Source: Lingula anatina (Eukaryota; Animalia; Brachiopoda). Taken from it: DNA of 64,000 nt. Positions 38,116 through 52,415 of the stretch are shown in pieces. Both the position numbers and the translations under genes were made by a program. Numbering within the stretch: the first letter of the stretch is position 1; each line of letters begins with the position of its first letter. Under the pieces are notes generated by a model. The model saw only the letters and a list, made by a program, of their open reading frames with translations, had not been told where the DNA came from and searched no databases. The stretch lies in the NCBI GenBank assembly GCA_051362555.1, contig CM120644.1:4968954-5032953 (forward strand), given 5' to 3'.

Positions 38116-40899
38116 GTAAGTCTTTAACTGTGTGCGATGAGTGTGGGCGTCAGTCTCTGTCTATGTGTCTGCTGAGAATGTCGTTTTTTTTTTTTTTCTT
38201 CAAAAGATTGTTAGGCTGTGTTGTTTATTGTGCAAATGAATCTGTATGTATGTTTTGTTCGTCTTTGTCTTTGTGTTGTGTTATATATTGTCTGGTCTGG
38301 TGTGTGAGCATTGTATTTTGAATGAACAAAAATGCTTGTGTGTCAGACATATGTAAGGAAAAAAAAAACTTTAAAAAAAGTGACATAGACAAAGACAATT
38401 TGACAAATGTTTTTGCCTTGGAAACCCAACTGATATGATCACTGTCATGGAAACAACAGAGGGGCTGAAGACGAAAGACAAAAAATATCCACGTTGTCAT
38501 GGAGACAAGTCACATGACAGTTTGCAAGAGGACATGGATTCAACCCAAGAGGAGCCAAACTAAGAACTTTCCCATGAGGGTGGCAACAGTTGGCATGACA
38601 ACAGAAGCATGTCTCAACCAAGTAAGTTTTTTTTAATTCTTTGCCAAATTTTGCTGCCGAAGATGTTCAATATCACCCTCTTTTTTTTTTTTTCTTTTTC
38701 TCCATTTTTGGCTGTTATTTTGAACACAGATCCTTCAGAGATGTGCCAATGTTTTAGCTGGCTGGGAGAGATGTATGGTAGAATCAATAGTGGAACATCG
38801 GGGAAACTGTTATTTGCCTTCCATCATGCTCCCTTCACCTGATGGGAACTGAAAGAAATGTGCTGGCATTTTGATTCCTGGAAGAATGTCTTCCAGTGTG
38901 TATTTTACATGTGACCCTAAAGATCAAGGCAATTGGCTGAAAATCAAATACTTTGAGAGAGAGATCCAATGTTTTTTTTTTCCAGGGTATAGTTAAGCCT
39001 TAAGGTAGGAATTGATTTTATCTCTCCACGCGTAAAGTGCATCCACAAGATGTTGTTTTGAAAAAGTTGGATTAGATCGAGGAACCCATGCAGCCCTGAC
39101 TTTGCCTGTTATGATCCCCTTGTGTGATTGCATTTCAAGGTCATGTCTAAATGAAATAAAATAAGAAATGGAGTGAAAAAACATTGCATTGGCATTCCTT
39201 GCTAAGCTGTAGTTACAGGTTGTCAGGTGGAAAATGAATTTTTCAGTTGGTTTAATGTACTGTACCTGTATTGCTGTTATCATGTGAAAACAGATCTTGA
39301 TTTTTTTTTTCAATATAAAAAGATGTTCTTTCAGATTTTCAATTTATAAGTTATGCTGCATACTTGTTAAGCGGCATGCGTAAATGATGTAGTGGTAATC
39401 CAGGAAAAATGTGAAAGGGACTGAGTAGAAGGAGGATTTATCAACACACTTGATATAATAACGATGAAGGAGATTTCATCTAGATGTGCACAGAAATGAA
39501 GACTGAGTTCTAAAGATGAAATTTAGTTACAGAAATAGACAGTGATTTTATAATTTTTTAATTGAGTGAAGTGCAATCTAGTGAAGTTAACAAAGAATTG
39601 ATGAATGTGCAGGGAGGAGGAAAAAACTTTGGTCCACTTTTGAAGTCAAGGTCACCACTAAGGTTACACATCGCCCAGGTACTTCAGTCTAATTACAGCA
39701 TGGACTTGTGAACTGCCAACGGAGAAATTAGTGGAGGGGTGGCTCAGTGCCAATTGGGTCACTGTGTTGGTGATATGATTTTTTTTTTTTTTTTTTTTGT
39801 ATGGTGCAGTTTTTGGAAAAACATACTAGTAGCAAACAGTGAGAGAGTCACAATCTGCATGTAGTCATAGATTTTAGATAGAATTACTTATAAAGCATTT
39901 TCATGTTCACAGTTTGCTTGACGTTTTTCAATTGTGATTGTAAGATGCAAAAGACATGCTTGAAGTTTTATGGCAATTGAAAAAGAAAGGAAGCCAAGGA
40001 AAAGAAATAGAAATGTTTTGTCGAAGATGAAATAGAGGTGTAATAGTCCTTTCTTATAGATAAAAAAATAAACAGAAGTGAGCAATCAGTATATTGCTGC
40101 CATTCTGCCCAGTTCACATCTTCTTTCCTTCTTTGATTCACTTCTTTCCTCCTTCCATCTGAGTGAAATGTGTAATGCGAATTGGAGCAGATTATGGAAG
40201 ACCTGGCAAGTTTACTTTTAGAAAGTCGATATAATCTCCAGTAACTATTTGGCTCTAGCCTGACTTTGATAAATGGAAGAATCTATTGATTGCATTGAAG
40301 TTGAAATCCCCTGAATGGCAGATAATTATCTGGAGATTCCAGTCCTGTATTGCCAGATTACTTGTCTGCTAAATTGCAGTTAATTGTTTAAGGATTTATT
40401 TCAAAAAGGTTGGATTTGCTCAGACGGTTATAATCTTGGCGTGTTTCCAGGTCAATGTATTCAATTTTGGGTGAGAAAATATTTTCCTGTCATTATTAAT
40501 AAGACACTGTTTGTAAGCTGTCGCCTCTAACACATTTCAGGCTATTAGAGCAATGTATATTGACGATGCCTTGTGATAGATTTACCTCATGTTGCTAATG
40601 TGTAAAATTATTTTATAGGATTTTTTCAGAGACTTTTAAGTATAATGGATATTACTTATCTGGGACTTGATATTATTATTAACCTTGGATACTTCTTAAA
40701 TTGACTGGTTGGTAAGTTCGTTGCTCTCTCTTCATCTCTCTCTCTCTCTCTCGACCCAAGAATAGGAGAGTCTGTTGACATAAGAGGCCTTTGACCCCAT
40801 CGGTTATCAACCTAAAATAGGAATTTAAAACCTCTGACAGAAAAGCGGAGACCTGAGAAGCCAGTACCGATAAGGCGCCCACTGTAGATTATAAAGAGA

Positions 40900-41082
40900 G
40901 GAGATAAGAGCTGGTGCATTACTCATTTAGCTGGCTCAGTAGTTGACGGGGAATATTCGACAACTGGCTACGTGCATAAAGCCACGCATTGTGACGAGTC
41001 GGTGACATTTGAAACTGCGGCTATTTTGCTCAGCTGTTAATGGCTGCCTAATTAATTCAAGAGCAATATCGAACGACGCAAG
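40900..41082 (+). other. Candidate non-coding (5'UTR) alternative first exon; start approximate
   Basis: Local CpG-rich patch ending in a consensus donor AAG|GTAAGA. Stops occur in the phase-0 and phase-1 frames just upstream. Confidence 0.4.
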
Positions 41083-43876
41083 GTAAGAATGGTGGTGTGT
41101 TGCATCATCAGGTCTTTTAAGATTGATATTACTAATGATGAAGTCGGGTCTTAATTGTTAAGTTCAGCCAGAAAAATACATTCAGATGTAATTTCTGATT
41201 TTGTCGTTAACATGGGGTTCATTGACGAATAATGCATATATTTATGTATGTGTTTTACTTGACATATATTACAGGAAGCTACAGTTGCTTCTATAGGAAC
41301 TGAACTTAGGTGTACTGGACCTTAACTGAGTATACGGATCATATCTGTCACTGTTAGTGAGTGCTGGAAAATAGGAATTGATTTTCATGAAAATTGTGTT
41401 AGTGTCCTCCAAATTTGTGCTAACAAACCTTAAAAATGAAATAGATATTATAATGCAATGTCTTCTGATGCTGAATATGGCCTGACTTAGGTAAAAGCCC
41501 ATGGCATGAGTCTGATTGTTACCAAAAAAAAAAAAAAAAAAAAAAAACAAATTAAAGAACTACTTAAATGCTAAAATAACATTCCATTACCAGGGCCACG
41601 TAGAGGAATTATTTTCATTAGATATTCAGAAATGGTTCTCTTGCTGTTCACTAGCTGTGGTTATTTCTGTTCTGCATAGAGAGAATTTTCTAGAGGATTT
41701 TTTACACGGCAACTGTCATCGCCTAGTGGGTCTATAGTAGAGAGATCTATACAATAATTGTCTGGACGCGATGCCATATCAGCTTTAAGATAACAGATGC
41801 AAAGTCCATGTGACAGAAGAATTTGATTAAAAAAAAAAAAAGAAGAAAAGTACTCAACTGCTGAAGCAGTATTTCATTTCGTCTGGCCATGATGCCTTAT
41901 ATGTATGTTATTGATCATGAGAATCCCTATCAGTTGAACAGTCTGATGAAATGTTATCTTGGCCGTGGGATCTGACCAGTAAAGGTGACATTGACCACAT
42001 TGCAACACGTGTAATGGAATAAATCTGGTGGGGGTTCCACTGGCTCCAGTTCTGATTTGGCTTTTTTAATTTTTTTTATTCTTTATATATGTTATTTATT
42101 AGCCCCAAATAATTAATTTTAGGCCACTCTGTAATGGTATATATATCAGGCAGCGAAGTTGTCTCAAATTAGATCCGTCTCCACATTGTGTTATCTTCTG
42201 AAATAATATTTTGTTTGCCAGCTCATTTGATAAGGATGGTTTTATATGTCATAATGTTGACTTGGGTAATATAATGACAGTGAGCTGTATGCCGAGGGTT
42301 TGGGTATTGTTTTCTCGGTGACGTCATACCGCAACTTTTTGTCACCTCAGAGGAAAATGTTCGCTCTGAGGTCAGACCCTTTGACAACCCTGATTATATT
42401 TGGACAGTGCGAGTGACCTTAATATTTAAGTAAAACAATGAACTTAGTTAGTGAAAGATAAAAAGGAACAGATAAATGATTGTATAAAAAGAAACAGATA
42501 TATCATAGATGAAAAATGATAAAGATGAATAAGCAATAAATATGTAAATAAATTATTATTATATTTGATAAAGGAATGACTGTTGTCAAATAAGTAAAAT
42601 AAGGGCTTGATATGATAAAACAGGATAAGGTACTAATCTGATAATGTTTTGTTGACTGAAAGTGTGTGTTCTATGCCTGGATGAATTTGGTGTTTGTCAA
42701 TGGATTTATTAATATTTGGCGGCAGTCACACATGATCATGATGGATCGCGCGGTGTTCAAATCTGCTAATAGCAGATCAGGACAGCTTCACATAACTGGG
42801 TCAATTGCAATAATGATGATGATAATAATGAAGATTATAATTGCAGGCACATTTATTTAGATGCCTTTTAATTTCTGCAGTGAACATTTTCACACCAACT
42901 TTTGGCATGAATGGAAGCTGTAATGTGCTGTGTGGGCAGCTCCGTAGGTAGTAGCACCATTTAGTTTTCTGAATGATGATAAGATTAGAAGTAAAAGAAT
43001 TATGATGATGGTGATAATGAAAATGAACGAGCTGGAATCCGTGTCACTGAGGCGGTATATCAGTGAACAGTGAGAACGTAGGAAGTCAAGGTTAAACTGT
43101 CTCTGAATGCCTGAGCATCAGGTCTTAACTGAACACATTCCTGGTGTCATTAATTTTGATGAAAGGGATTCCGTGTCTTTCCATGGCCATCAGAGGACAT
43201 GAGGGAATCAAACTGGAGTCGTTCAAGGTCGGTGGTAATGTGATCGGTTAATGGGGGGATTGATGCGGAACCTGAAAGTATCAGGGCATTTCTGAATATG
43301 TGACATATGATGGCAATGTGTATATAATGGACAGTTGATGCTTCTTACTGGGTTTTGTTTTCAAGCTGACTGTCATATCTATGTTGATATGGTCATTATA
43401 AGGCATGAGGGACCAGAATGGTATTCAGTGTTATTTATTTGTGCAATGAATGATTTTCCTGGCAGAGGAATGCATGAGGTATGTATCGGTTCTATGGAAA
43501 TATCATTTCTAAGGGAACAGCTAGAAAGAATTAAGATTGATTTTTTGAGATCCTCTATCACAAGTGAAATACTTTATTACCAGTAGATTGTCTTTGTAAA
43601 GGAGCCTGGGATAGAAACTCTGAGAAACTTTTGATTTCTAGGTATAAGGTATATAGGACAGTGTAGAAAGCGCCTGTCCTCAGAAATTAGTCTTTAGCAA
43701 TTGAGTGCTTGGGTGTCCTTGGTATCAGCAAAACTGATTCTGGGGCTTAGTGGTGTGATTGGTTTTCCAATACCATTTGAGAGTAGTTTTACATCTGGCA
43801 TTTCATTTGGTGTTTCACTAATCGCCTTGTCAACTCCAATTTGGCAGCCGTTTGGGTAATCTTGGGCACAGTTATA

Positions 43877-44094
43877 CCCCCTTGACACTGGACGGCGTCC
43901 TTTCTGCGTCCTTTCTGCGACCATGAAATTTGGCATCGCTGTGGTCTTAATAAGGAGGCACAAGCATCGATTTTGTATCAGAATGAATGCTCAATGATCG
44001 GCCAGTTGTCTGCCGTAAAGTATTATAATTTTTTAACTCTCAAAAGGGGCCGTACTGCTGGACGCAGAAAGGACGCCGTCCAGTGTAAAGGGGG
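43877..44094 (+). mobile_element. MITE of about 218 bp with ~35-bp TIRs (PIF/Harbinger-like by terminal sequence)
   Basis: CCCCCTTGACACTGGACGGCGTCCTTTCTGCGTCC ... GGACGCAGAAAGGACGCCGTCCAGTGTAAAGGGGG, one mismatch. Second copy at 26.3 kb. Superfamily is inferred. Confidence 0.88.
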
Positions 44095-47000
44095 CTTTAA
44101 GAGTTTCCAGACTGATAATTGTATATTATTGTACCAATATGGCTGCCATATCCTGGTTAGGTCATTGTCTCTTAATGGGAAAAAAAAAACTACCTTGAAA
44201 TCCAAACTGAAACTCATTTCGTCATATCAACATTGTTTCCAACACTTGGTTTTTGTGTGAGGAAATGTTGAAGAGGGGGTTTTGCATAAGCGCGTGCTGC
44301 AGTGAATTTATGATTTTGTCTCCTGTAAATATCCAACAACAAAACTCTTGTTAAATGGAGTTGGTTGCAGAGGCCATGCTGCTCAGCTGCATGGTAAGTC
44401 CAAAGAGCTCAGCAGCAGCAGGGTTTTTACACTGTTTTACATGAATATGTAGGCATTAATACAAATGAGGAAAATAGTTTTCTGTTGTATCAGTGGTGCT
44501 GCAGCTGTTTGGAAATTGTCGTTCAGCATGGTACCTTGTAAAACATTTTGTCTAAAACACAATTCATACAGTGGTTTGCAAGAGATTTTTACATTGTAGA
44601 CTGGGCCTGCTGAGCCAGGAGCTGCCTGTGTGTGTGTGTGCAAAGGGTAGAAGATTATATTACCCTGGATTTTGCTTGGTTCTTGGAGCCCACATGGTGG
44701 TCTCCATTCAGGCCCCTTCATTTGTTCACCATTTAATAAATAATGGAAACACTGGAGGATCAGACATTTAAGACAGCTCATAGTGATACCCCCCCCCCCC
44801 CCCCCCACCCCACTGCTTTACACATTACAATGCATATTTATAGAAGGTACAAAGTGTACTGAAAGAAAAGCTTCTAGAGTTTGCCAAGTGTGAAATATCT
44901 GATTTGCCTTTTTTAAAATCCAATTAGTGGATTTAAACATGAACAAGCCATTGAATAGCTTGTTCATGTTTTAACATGTTTGCACCATGCCCTTGCGTGA
45001 TAACATTAACCCTTCAAGAGGAAAAAAAAAAATTAAAACGTGAAACCTAACAAGTAACATTACAATGAAGAAACAAACAACATTTCTGTATGCTTGACTA
45101 CCATGCCCTTTTTCTGCCCATTAACCCGTGATGAAAAATAAATAAATAAATTGATTGAGTAGAAATCAATTTATGGCAAATAAAATCCCCAAGAACTGTT
45201 ACTCTAATCTCTAAGCACATGATGCTTGATATAATGGAAGTGACCCAATTTCCTTGTTATCCAGGCTGCAAAACAAGTGCTATTGAGTTGCAAAGTACAT
45301 TTTTCACAGAGCAGCTAACGCACACAAGGTATTTGCGTTTTGTGAGATATATCCATGGGCAATAGTGTTCACAGGTAATGTGTTAAGAGCCTAGATGTGC
45401 TAGAAGGGTTTTTTTTTTTTTTTTTTTTTTTCATCAAACTCGAGATTGACAGGAAATTTTGTGGTTTACTTGCTGTCTAGGAGATTAGAAATTTAGGTGT
45501 TAAGCATTTTAAAAAAGGAAGCTTGGTTTTGTAATGGAAGTTTGCACCATACACTTTTTAAGGTCAGTATTATTATGTTGCTGGGTTAATCTATGTTTGC
45601 TGATTTTGGTGAATTGCCAAGAAAAAGATGAGAGAAAATGTGATTTTGTATGGTTAAAGTTTAATGTTTTTAAAAGCTAGATAGAAAGAAAGCTTTATAT
45701 AAATTAACACATCGAAAAAAATAATAGAGTAAAAGTAAGAGCAGTGGAGTCATAATATTAGGAGGATGGCTTTGATTTCCTCAGATAAATATTTAATTTG
45801 GGCTTGCATATGCTTATATCAAAAGGGAATAAAACTGTAAAATGCACAGGTCCTCTTTGTGTTGTGATCTGAATAGGTTACGTTATTGAAATCCCCCTCT
45901 GCTGGTTATTTTCACATGATACTGTGATGTCATTAGAACCAAAATAGATGGGGATTTTTTTTTTTCCATTTCATGACTAGCAGCACCACCATTAGTCTCT
46001 TAATGATAGTCTTTTGGCTGGAAAAGAAATGGATGGAAAGTTTGTTTTTTTTTTTAATGTACTTCAGGTTGGTTTTTGCCATACGTGTACTGTACAGTAG
46101 AGAGCTGATGTGCAATGGAGTATTCCAGCCACACAAAATATGTACATTTCCGTGATTTGTCATGCTATTCTTTGTCACCAGAGTAGGTACAAGTTTTGGG
46201 GGCGGGGGGGGGGGGGGGGGGGGGGGTGAGAGATTGTAAGAGCATGACACATTAAGGTTTTTATGCTCAGACAAAAAAAGTTCCCTGAGAAATTTTTTAC
46301 CCAGCATGAGGAATAGGGAATTTTTATCAATAAAAATCATTTTCCATTTCTAAATCTTAAGGTATGTAGACAGTGGAAAGAAATTTGAAGTCTTACAAGT
46401 TGCCTTTTCCAGCTTGTGCAAGCAGTGATGTATTATAATTATTTTATATCATCTTCCATTTTGCAGCAAAATTCACTCTCTTCTCCCGTGGCAGCTCAGC
46501 ACGAAAAAACGTACGGCTCAGCACAGCACAAATGAAAATCCTTCCTTTCTCTATTGATTTACTAGAGAGTCTAGGTAAAGTTACAGGTTCGCAGGCACCT
46601 TGAAGAAAAACACTAGCTAGGCACCTCTACTGCTGCTGCCCCTGCATGACTGCAAGATACATTGTATCAGTAACTGATGTCTTTTAGCAGCATAAATTTT
46701 TGTTGATCAACTCGGATGATGATATTCGAGGAAAAAGGAAGGACATAGAGCTGCACTTCTTGACGCTAAATGTGTGCCTTTTATGATTACTGGAAGAAGC
46801 CATCTTGTTCGCCTGTGTATTGAAAAAAAGGGAAGTACTTGGATGGCTTTGTCGTCCTCAAATGGAGTTTAATGTCGCATAATTAGTGGAGAGGATTGAT
46901 TCTTTGATTGGCTGACGGAAGATTTGATGTGCTGTCGATAACTGAAACCAGCGCATGCCAGGAGACTGATGGATACTTGAGCTTGCATGGAGATTGAACG

Positions 47001-48054
47001 GCTGCTATTTGACACAATATATTATATAGACATACATTTGTGTGAGTTATACAGGTGGTACATGGAGTACCCTAACTCGCCTGATCTATGACCGATTTTT
47101 AGAGGATTAAGTTGACATCCATAATACTGTACCCATGGGATTAAATAGCAAGAGGGAAAATCACTGTCAGTTCCAGTGTATTTGAACTTTCTGTGACAGA
47201 CTGTTGGCGAAGTGTCAGGTGCAACAGTCAATGTGACCACTTTACTAAAGACTACATGCACCTTTATTTCTCGATTCTCTTTTCATGCCAGAAGGCTGAT
47301 GGTGTATGTGTTTAAGAGGGCGTGAACTTTTCAATCCAAGTTGCACACAAGAGAATCACATGTATTTGGTGTCTGTTTAAACTACTCACCTTGTGTAAAG
47401 GCTCTGGCTTGTTCTGTAGCCACAGGGATTTTGATGAATATGTGTTGTATATCTCTCTAGGTGCCAAAATATTATCACCAGTTGCTGTATGGATAATGCA
47501 ACTTCTGCAGATACCGTTGGATTATTGATGTACGTCAGTCTATATGTGAAGAGTACCGTGAACATGAGGCGCTGTGCGTGTCAGATGCACATACGAACGT
47601 GACTTTCCACATTGTTATCTATCTGTATGGACGTTCACGGACACTTCTTCAAGTGCTGATCTTGGTTAATACAGAAAAGGGAGAGAGAGGGGAGAGAAAA
47701 GAATCATATAATCAGGTCAGATTACAGGAAAGTTTTTTCTGGTTTGTTCGATATTTCAGATCTGGGGAATTACCTTTTTAGACTGATCCAGTGCATATGT
47801 AACACTTCCAAGTTGAAGGTGAGAAAAAAAAATTGCGGAGTTGAGATGTTCGTGGGCTGTGAGAGCTTTGTCTGACATTCTTAACGTCAGCTTTTAGGCC
47901 AGGAAGAAAAGCAGCTTGGAAGTTTGCTCATTTCACCTGTAACTACCATTACTTGTGTTCTTCAATTAGGATTACATCACGTAGGTTAGAAAGTAAAGAC
48001 AATGGCTGATAGATCCATATGATAACTGAAGCATATATTGATATTTATAATACT

Positions 48055-48179
48055 TATATGATTGATATATATATATATATCCCCCAACTATTAGCAGGAC
48101 ACTGAAAAAAATTGTATATGATTGATATATATATATATATATCCCCCAACTATTAGCAGGACACTTGAAAAAAATTGTA
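48055..48179. repeat. ~60-bp tandem duplication containing (AT)n
   Basis: TATATGATTGA(TA)n...CCCCCAACTATTAGCAGGACACT at 48055 and 48115. The copies differ only in run lengths. Confidence 0.9.
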
Positions 48180-48614
48180 ATTTAGTTAATAGCATTCTCC
48201 AAAAGTCTAATTATAACCTTTGTTTTTCTTCTTTTTCCCAAGCTTTTAATACGACAGTACCTGTCCCCAATGAACTACAGTTAGCTTGCTCTAAGGTTTT
48301 CAAATCCTTTTGGAGGAGACCCTATGAAAATTAGTTTTTTTCTGGAGAAGACTATGAAAATGTTTTAATCTCATTTCTGTCCAAGTTGTAGCGTAATGCA
48401 TCATCTCCAGTGATTAGGTGGGAGATAAATGGTACAAATCAATTATCTGTAGTGATATCTGAATCTATTTCTTCTTCTCGAAGCTAATGAGAGTAATATT
48501 TCCACGGAAGAAAAACTTAGAGAAATTATCAGTTTGCATTCCCAGAAGAATTAACTGTTACTGGCAGCTTTGTGTATATGACATGGTTGTACAGGATTAA
48601 AAGTCAAAGCAATT

Positions 48615-48690
48615 AAGACGGAAGTGAAAGAAAGCGGAGGCACTGAAAGAACATAAGCTGGTGCTGTGTATATATAAATACGGAGGACAG
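48615..48690 (+). promoter_or_regulatory. Candidate core promoter of the 48.8-kb exon (ETS-like CGGAAGTG and TATAAATA)
   Basis: CGGAAGTG near 48618 and TATAAATA at 48673-48680, about 170 nt before the ATG. Motif-only evidence. Confidence 0.3.
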
Positions 48691-48848
48691 ATATATAGCT
48701 CACTATGTGGGGATAAATCTAAGCAGGAGGAAGTAGACATAACTTGGCCCAAAATCTGTTACAAGACCAACTTCCTTGCATTCGAATTTCAGCAGAGAAA
48801 CAGCACTGAGGAAGGAAGGAAAAAAGAATTATTAGTTGTGATTTATAC

Positions 48849-49248
48849 ATGTGTGTCCTTCCTAGTGATAATATCAACACTGCTGCCAGCCAGGCATACA
48901 TGTATCAGAGCTATCTCCAGTCCAAGGTGAACTACAGGGATTACTCGGCCCAGAAATATTTCCTACCTGGTTCCAGGTTATTTACCATCCGGGAGAACGG
49001 CAGCGACAGCAAGAAAGGTTCAACACCTTTAGCTGCCAATGCAACAGTTGGATCAGACGCCAAACCAGAGCCACCTCCTACAGAGGCAAACGGTTCGGTT
49101 CGATGTGTGACTGAGAGGGCGAAAAACGCACACGCCCACCCTCAGGGAAGACAAACACGGGACAAGTGCAATGTCAGAATGGCGCGGCGGCGGCACGTCA
49201 GCATGCCTCCTATTTGCCTACGAAAGTACGTATTGGATCCCAAAAGAG
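48849..49248 (+). CDS. PRKAG2: AMPK gamma: alternative first coding exon (start 48849 or 48900; ...RRRHVSMPPICLRKYVLDPKR), phase-1 donor
   Basis: GC/CpG-rich 137-aa ORF with consensus donor GAG|GTGAGT. G+CT = Ala, in frame with exon 62104. Confidence 0.7.
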
Positions 49249-52200
49249 GTGAGTTGGTCTAATTTATTTGGACAGAATGCACTGAAGTGTGCAAAATTTG
49301 GAAGGCATTATGTTACATTATTTTATATCTTTAGTGGTTGATTTCAGCTGAGATGAAGCAATGTGCTGCAAGCAACTTATTTCTCTCCTGCCATTGTCAG
49401 ATGGTATAAAAAATTCACTGACATTTTAGAGGGTGTAGGTGATTGATCAGATGGCCGCCTGACACAGGTTCTCCAAGTTCACATTGCGGCAGCTGAACCT
49501 TTAATTGTGATAATGGCAGCCTGTGATGGGGATGCTGGGAAAAAAATTAATCTGTGCTCATTACAGTAATTTTTTCCACAAAATCTCTAGTTTTATATTA
49601 TCTGAGCCGGAAGGTTGTGGTTAACTGTTGCCATGGTGATAGTGTTTGATGCAAATGCACTTCATTTGATATAATAACAAGCAGAATTAAGATGTACCAG
49701 CCTTTATATGAGAGGCAGTTAAATGCAGTAAACCTTGGGGTCTAATTTTTGGTAGCAGGTGGAAGTTGCATCTGTTCAACTATTCCCTGGCTTTTTTTTT
49801 TTTTAATGCAAGGTACATGCAGGGTTTTTTTAGCATTTTTTTTAATGTTTCCTTCTACCCATTTGTCAAACGTCATTGGCGCCTTATAAAAAAAAAAAAA
49901 TCCATCCTCTTGATATGTCAAGTGATATTTTGTATGTAAAAGGTCATTATGCAAACTTCTCTGTTGGTGACGTTAAGTGACCACCCTGTTTCTGTCAACT
50001 GTGCTGGCCTCGGGTTGATCTGACTACTTTGTATCTCGCTGTCAATCTGCGCCTAACATGCTGCATGACCTTTTTCGATCAGAAAGCTGTTGGTTAATAC
50101 TATATGAAATGTTGCCAGGGCAACCTCATGTGCATTGTATTTGTGGATAACCCTGACATTAAAAAAAATTATTGAAATATATATTTTATTTGCACATTTG
50201 AAAATTGTCCAGTTTTCCTCAGATTGCATAGATCTTTGCATTTAACTGTTTAACTAGAATATCTATTCAAAGTGAATGTTCATTATGTTGACATGAATGG
50301 AATCAGAATGACTATTTGTACTGTTATTAGAGTGCATAAAGATTTTTTTTAGCCAAATCATTTAGAATTCCACACTTCTTTACTAGTGAGCCAATATATT
50401 TGGTGTGAAAAAGCAACCTTTTTTTCTTTGACAGAATTTGTATCTATAAAACAAAAAGATTGGCAATTTGTCAGGACTGTTTAGCAACAAGTTCCCTCAC
50501 TGACCTTAATAAGCCAAAGAAAAAAATTGAAAATTTACAATAAATAATAAGAAATAATATATATAATAAGAAATAAATATAATAAGAAATAATAATAAGA
50601 AATAAATAGATTGATTAGTAAATAGAAATAATTTTTAAAAATTACCAAAAATAAGTCTTTCCTAACTCATTGTAAACAAGCTGTCTTTAAGCCTTATTTG
50701 CCCCTGTACAATGATACACCTGTTACCCTGCAGTAAACATGCCTTGCAAGTCTCTCCTGAACACTATACATCATAGAGATACGGTACCCCTTCACAAAGT
50801 TGAAACCCCACACTCTCCACATCCAACTTTTTTTTCTCGTTTTTCTCAATCTATCCGTTTCCAGCTGCTCCCAAAAACCAACCTTAGAAATGTTACAAAC
50901 TCGTAAGAATTTTAGGAATCTACCTTTTCCCCCATGTGCTAGTAACTTAGCATTATTTTGGAACATTTGTTGGTCAGTGCAGTTCGAAAATGGTTAGTGA
51001 TTACAGCATGCAGAACTAGGTCAAGGTCAAGGACAAAGTGCCCTGGAGATTCTGCCATGTTCCCAGGTACTTAGTGAAGGTGTTCATTAGAAGTTGACAT
51101 TAGGCTCCATTAGTTCTCAAGCGCAAAAAATGGGCCTGGTAAAATGCTAATGGATTGGAAATCTGCATTAACACCAAAGAAGTAATGATGTGCTTTGATC
51201 CTAGCAGTCATTTCTGCCAATGTGTTTTTGTCTTGAGAATAAATGTTATTTCTTGCGACTTGAAACGGCAAGGTGACCAAAACGTGTTGAATGTTGAGCT
51301 GAAATAGGTCGAAATGATTGTATAATTTCAGCTAGAAAAAGAATGTTGCGCAGTTGTTGTACAGGGTATAGTAAGTAGACATAAGCAAAACCTGCAGCTC
51401 CTATAAAGATGTCATTTATTTTAAAGATTTAAATTTAAAGATAAAAATGGAGAAGGAAAAAAAAAACATTCTGCAGATAGTTTAAACCTGTAGATTTACT
51501 TGCTGCTGACAGTAGCTGATTTGCTAAGAGCAGGAATTAAAACGAGGGGTCCCTGGAAAAAAGATGGCGGATATGCTGGTAATAAAGCGGCAGTGGGTCT
51601 GTGATAATGAACTCGAGTTGCTTTGTTAAATGGGAGAAAAAAAGATGAAAACATTCAAGGTTCAGGAAGACAATCAAGTCATGAAATGCATTTGTTCTGC
51701 AGGAAAGGCAGTAGGACTAGGAATGAAGCTGCTGGAAACACTGGGGTACATACATGCATATAGCTTCCAGCTAATGTGCCACACAAAAGAAGCTTTGGAA
51801 TCCATTGGCAAGTCAAACACGCACATTTCAGATTCATAGTGCGGTGAACTGGCGTGCATTCATCTGTGAAAATGTGCTGTTGGGTCCTAGAAATATGCAT
51901 ATAAATCTGATTGAAATGTACGTGTCATCAGTTTTGCATGCGTCGTTGTGAAATTGCACTATGAAAGAAAGATTTTTCTCTTGATTTATTTCAGGAAAGC
52001 TGAACAGAACTCACCTGGAATGATTGGATTTGATTATGGTTAAGTTATTTAATCTGTCATAAACACCATTTAAGGTTGGTCTTCCTTTACACTTATGAAA
52101 AGGACAACATTTTTCCTTCTTCAATTTGTTTTCTTTTTTGTGTAGGTCTGGCAAATATTTTTTCCACTTAAAAGAATAACCTATATTATTAAAGGAACAT

Positions 52201-52383
52201 AGAATTATTATTATTGTTTTTTTTTTTTTTTTCCTTATGCCTTATTTTTAATAATGGTCTCTGTGATATTTTTGCACAAGAGGAGCTGAATGTAATCTCC
52301 AATTGGTTTTCATCATTATAATAAGTAATATTCAGCATCATAACCATATAACCAATGGAGGCAATTTTCCAAAGATGGGGGAA

Positions 52384-52415
<32 letters not shown>

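Noticed and set aside
44355-44399. MELVAEAMLLSCM|GTAAGT as an alternative first exon
   Set aside because: Phase-0 donor with no compatible acceptor found downstream in the window. It cannot be excluded if it splices beyond 64 kb.
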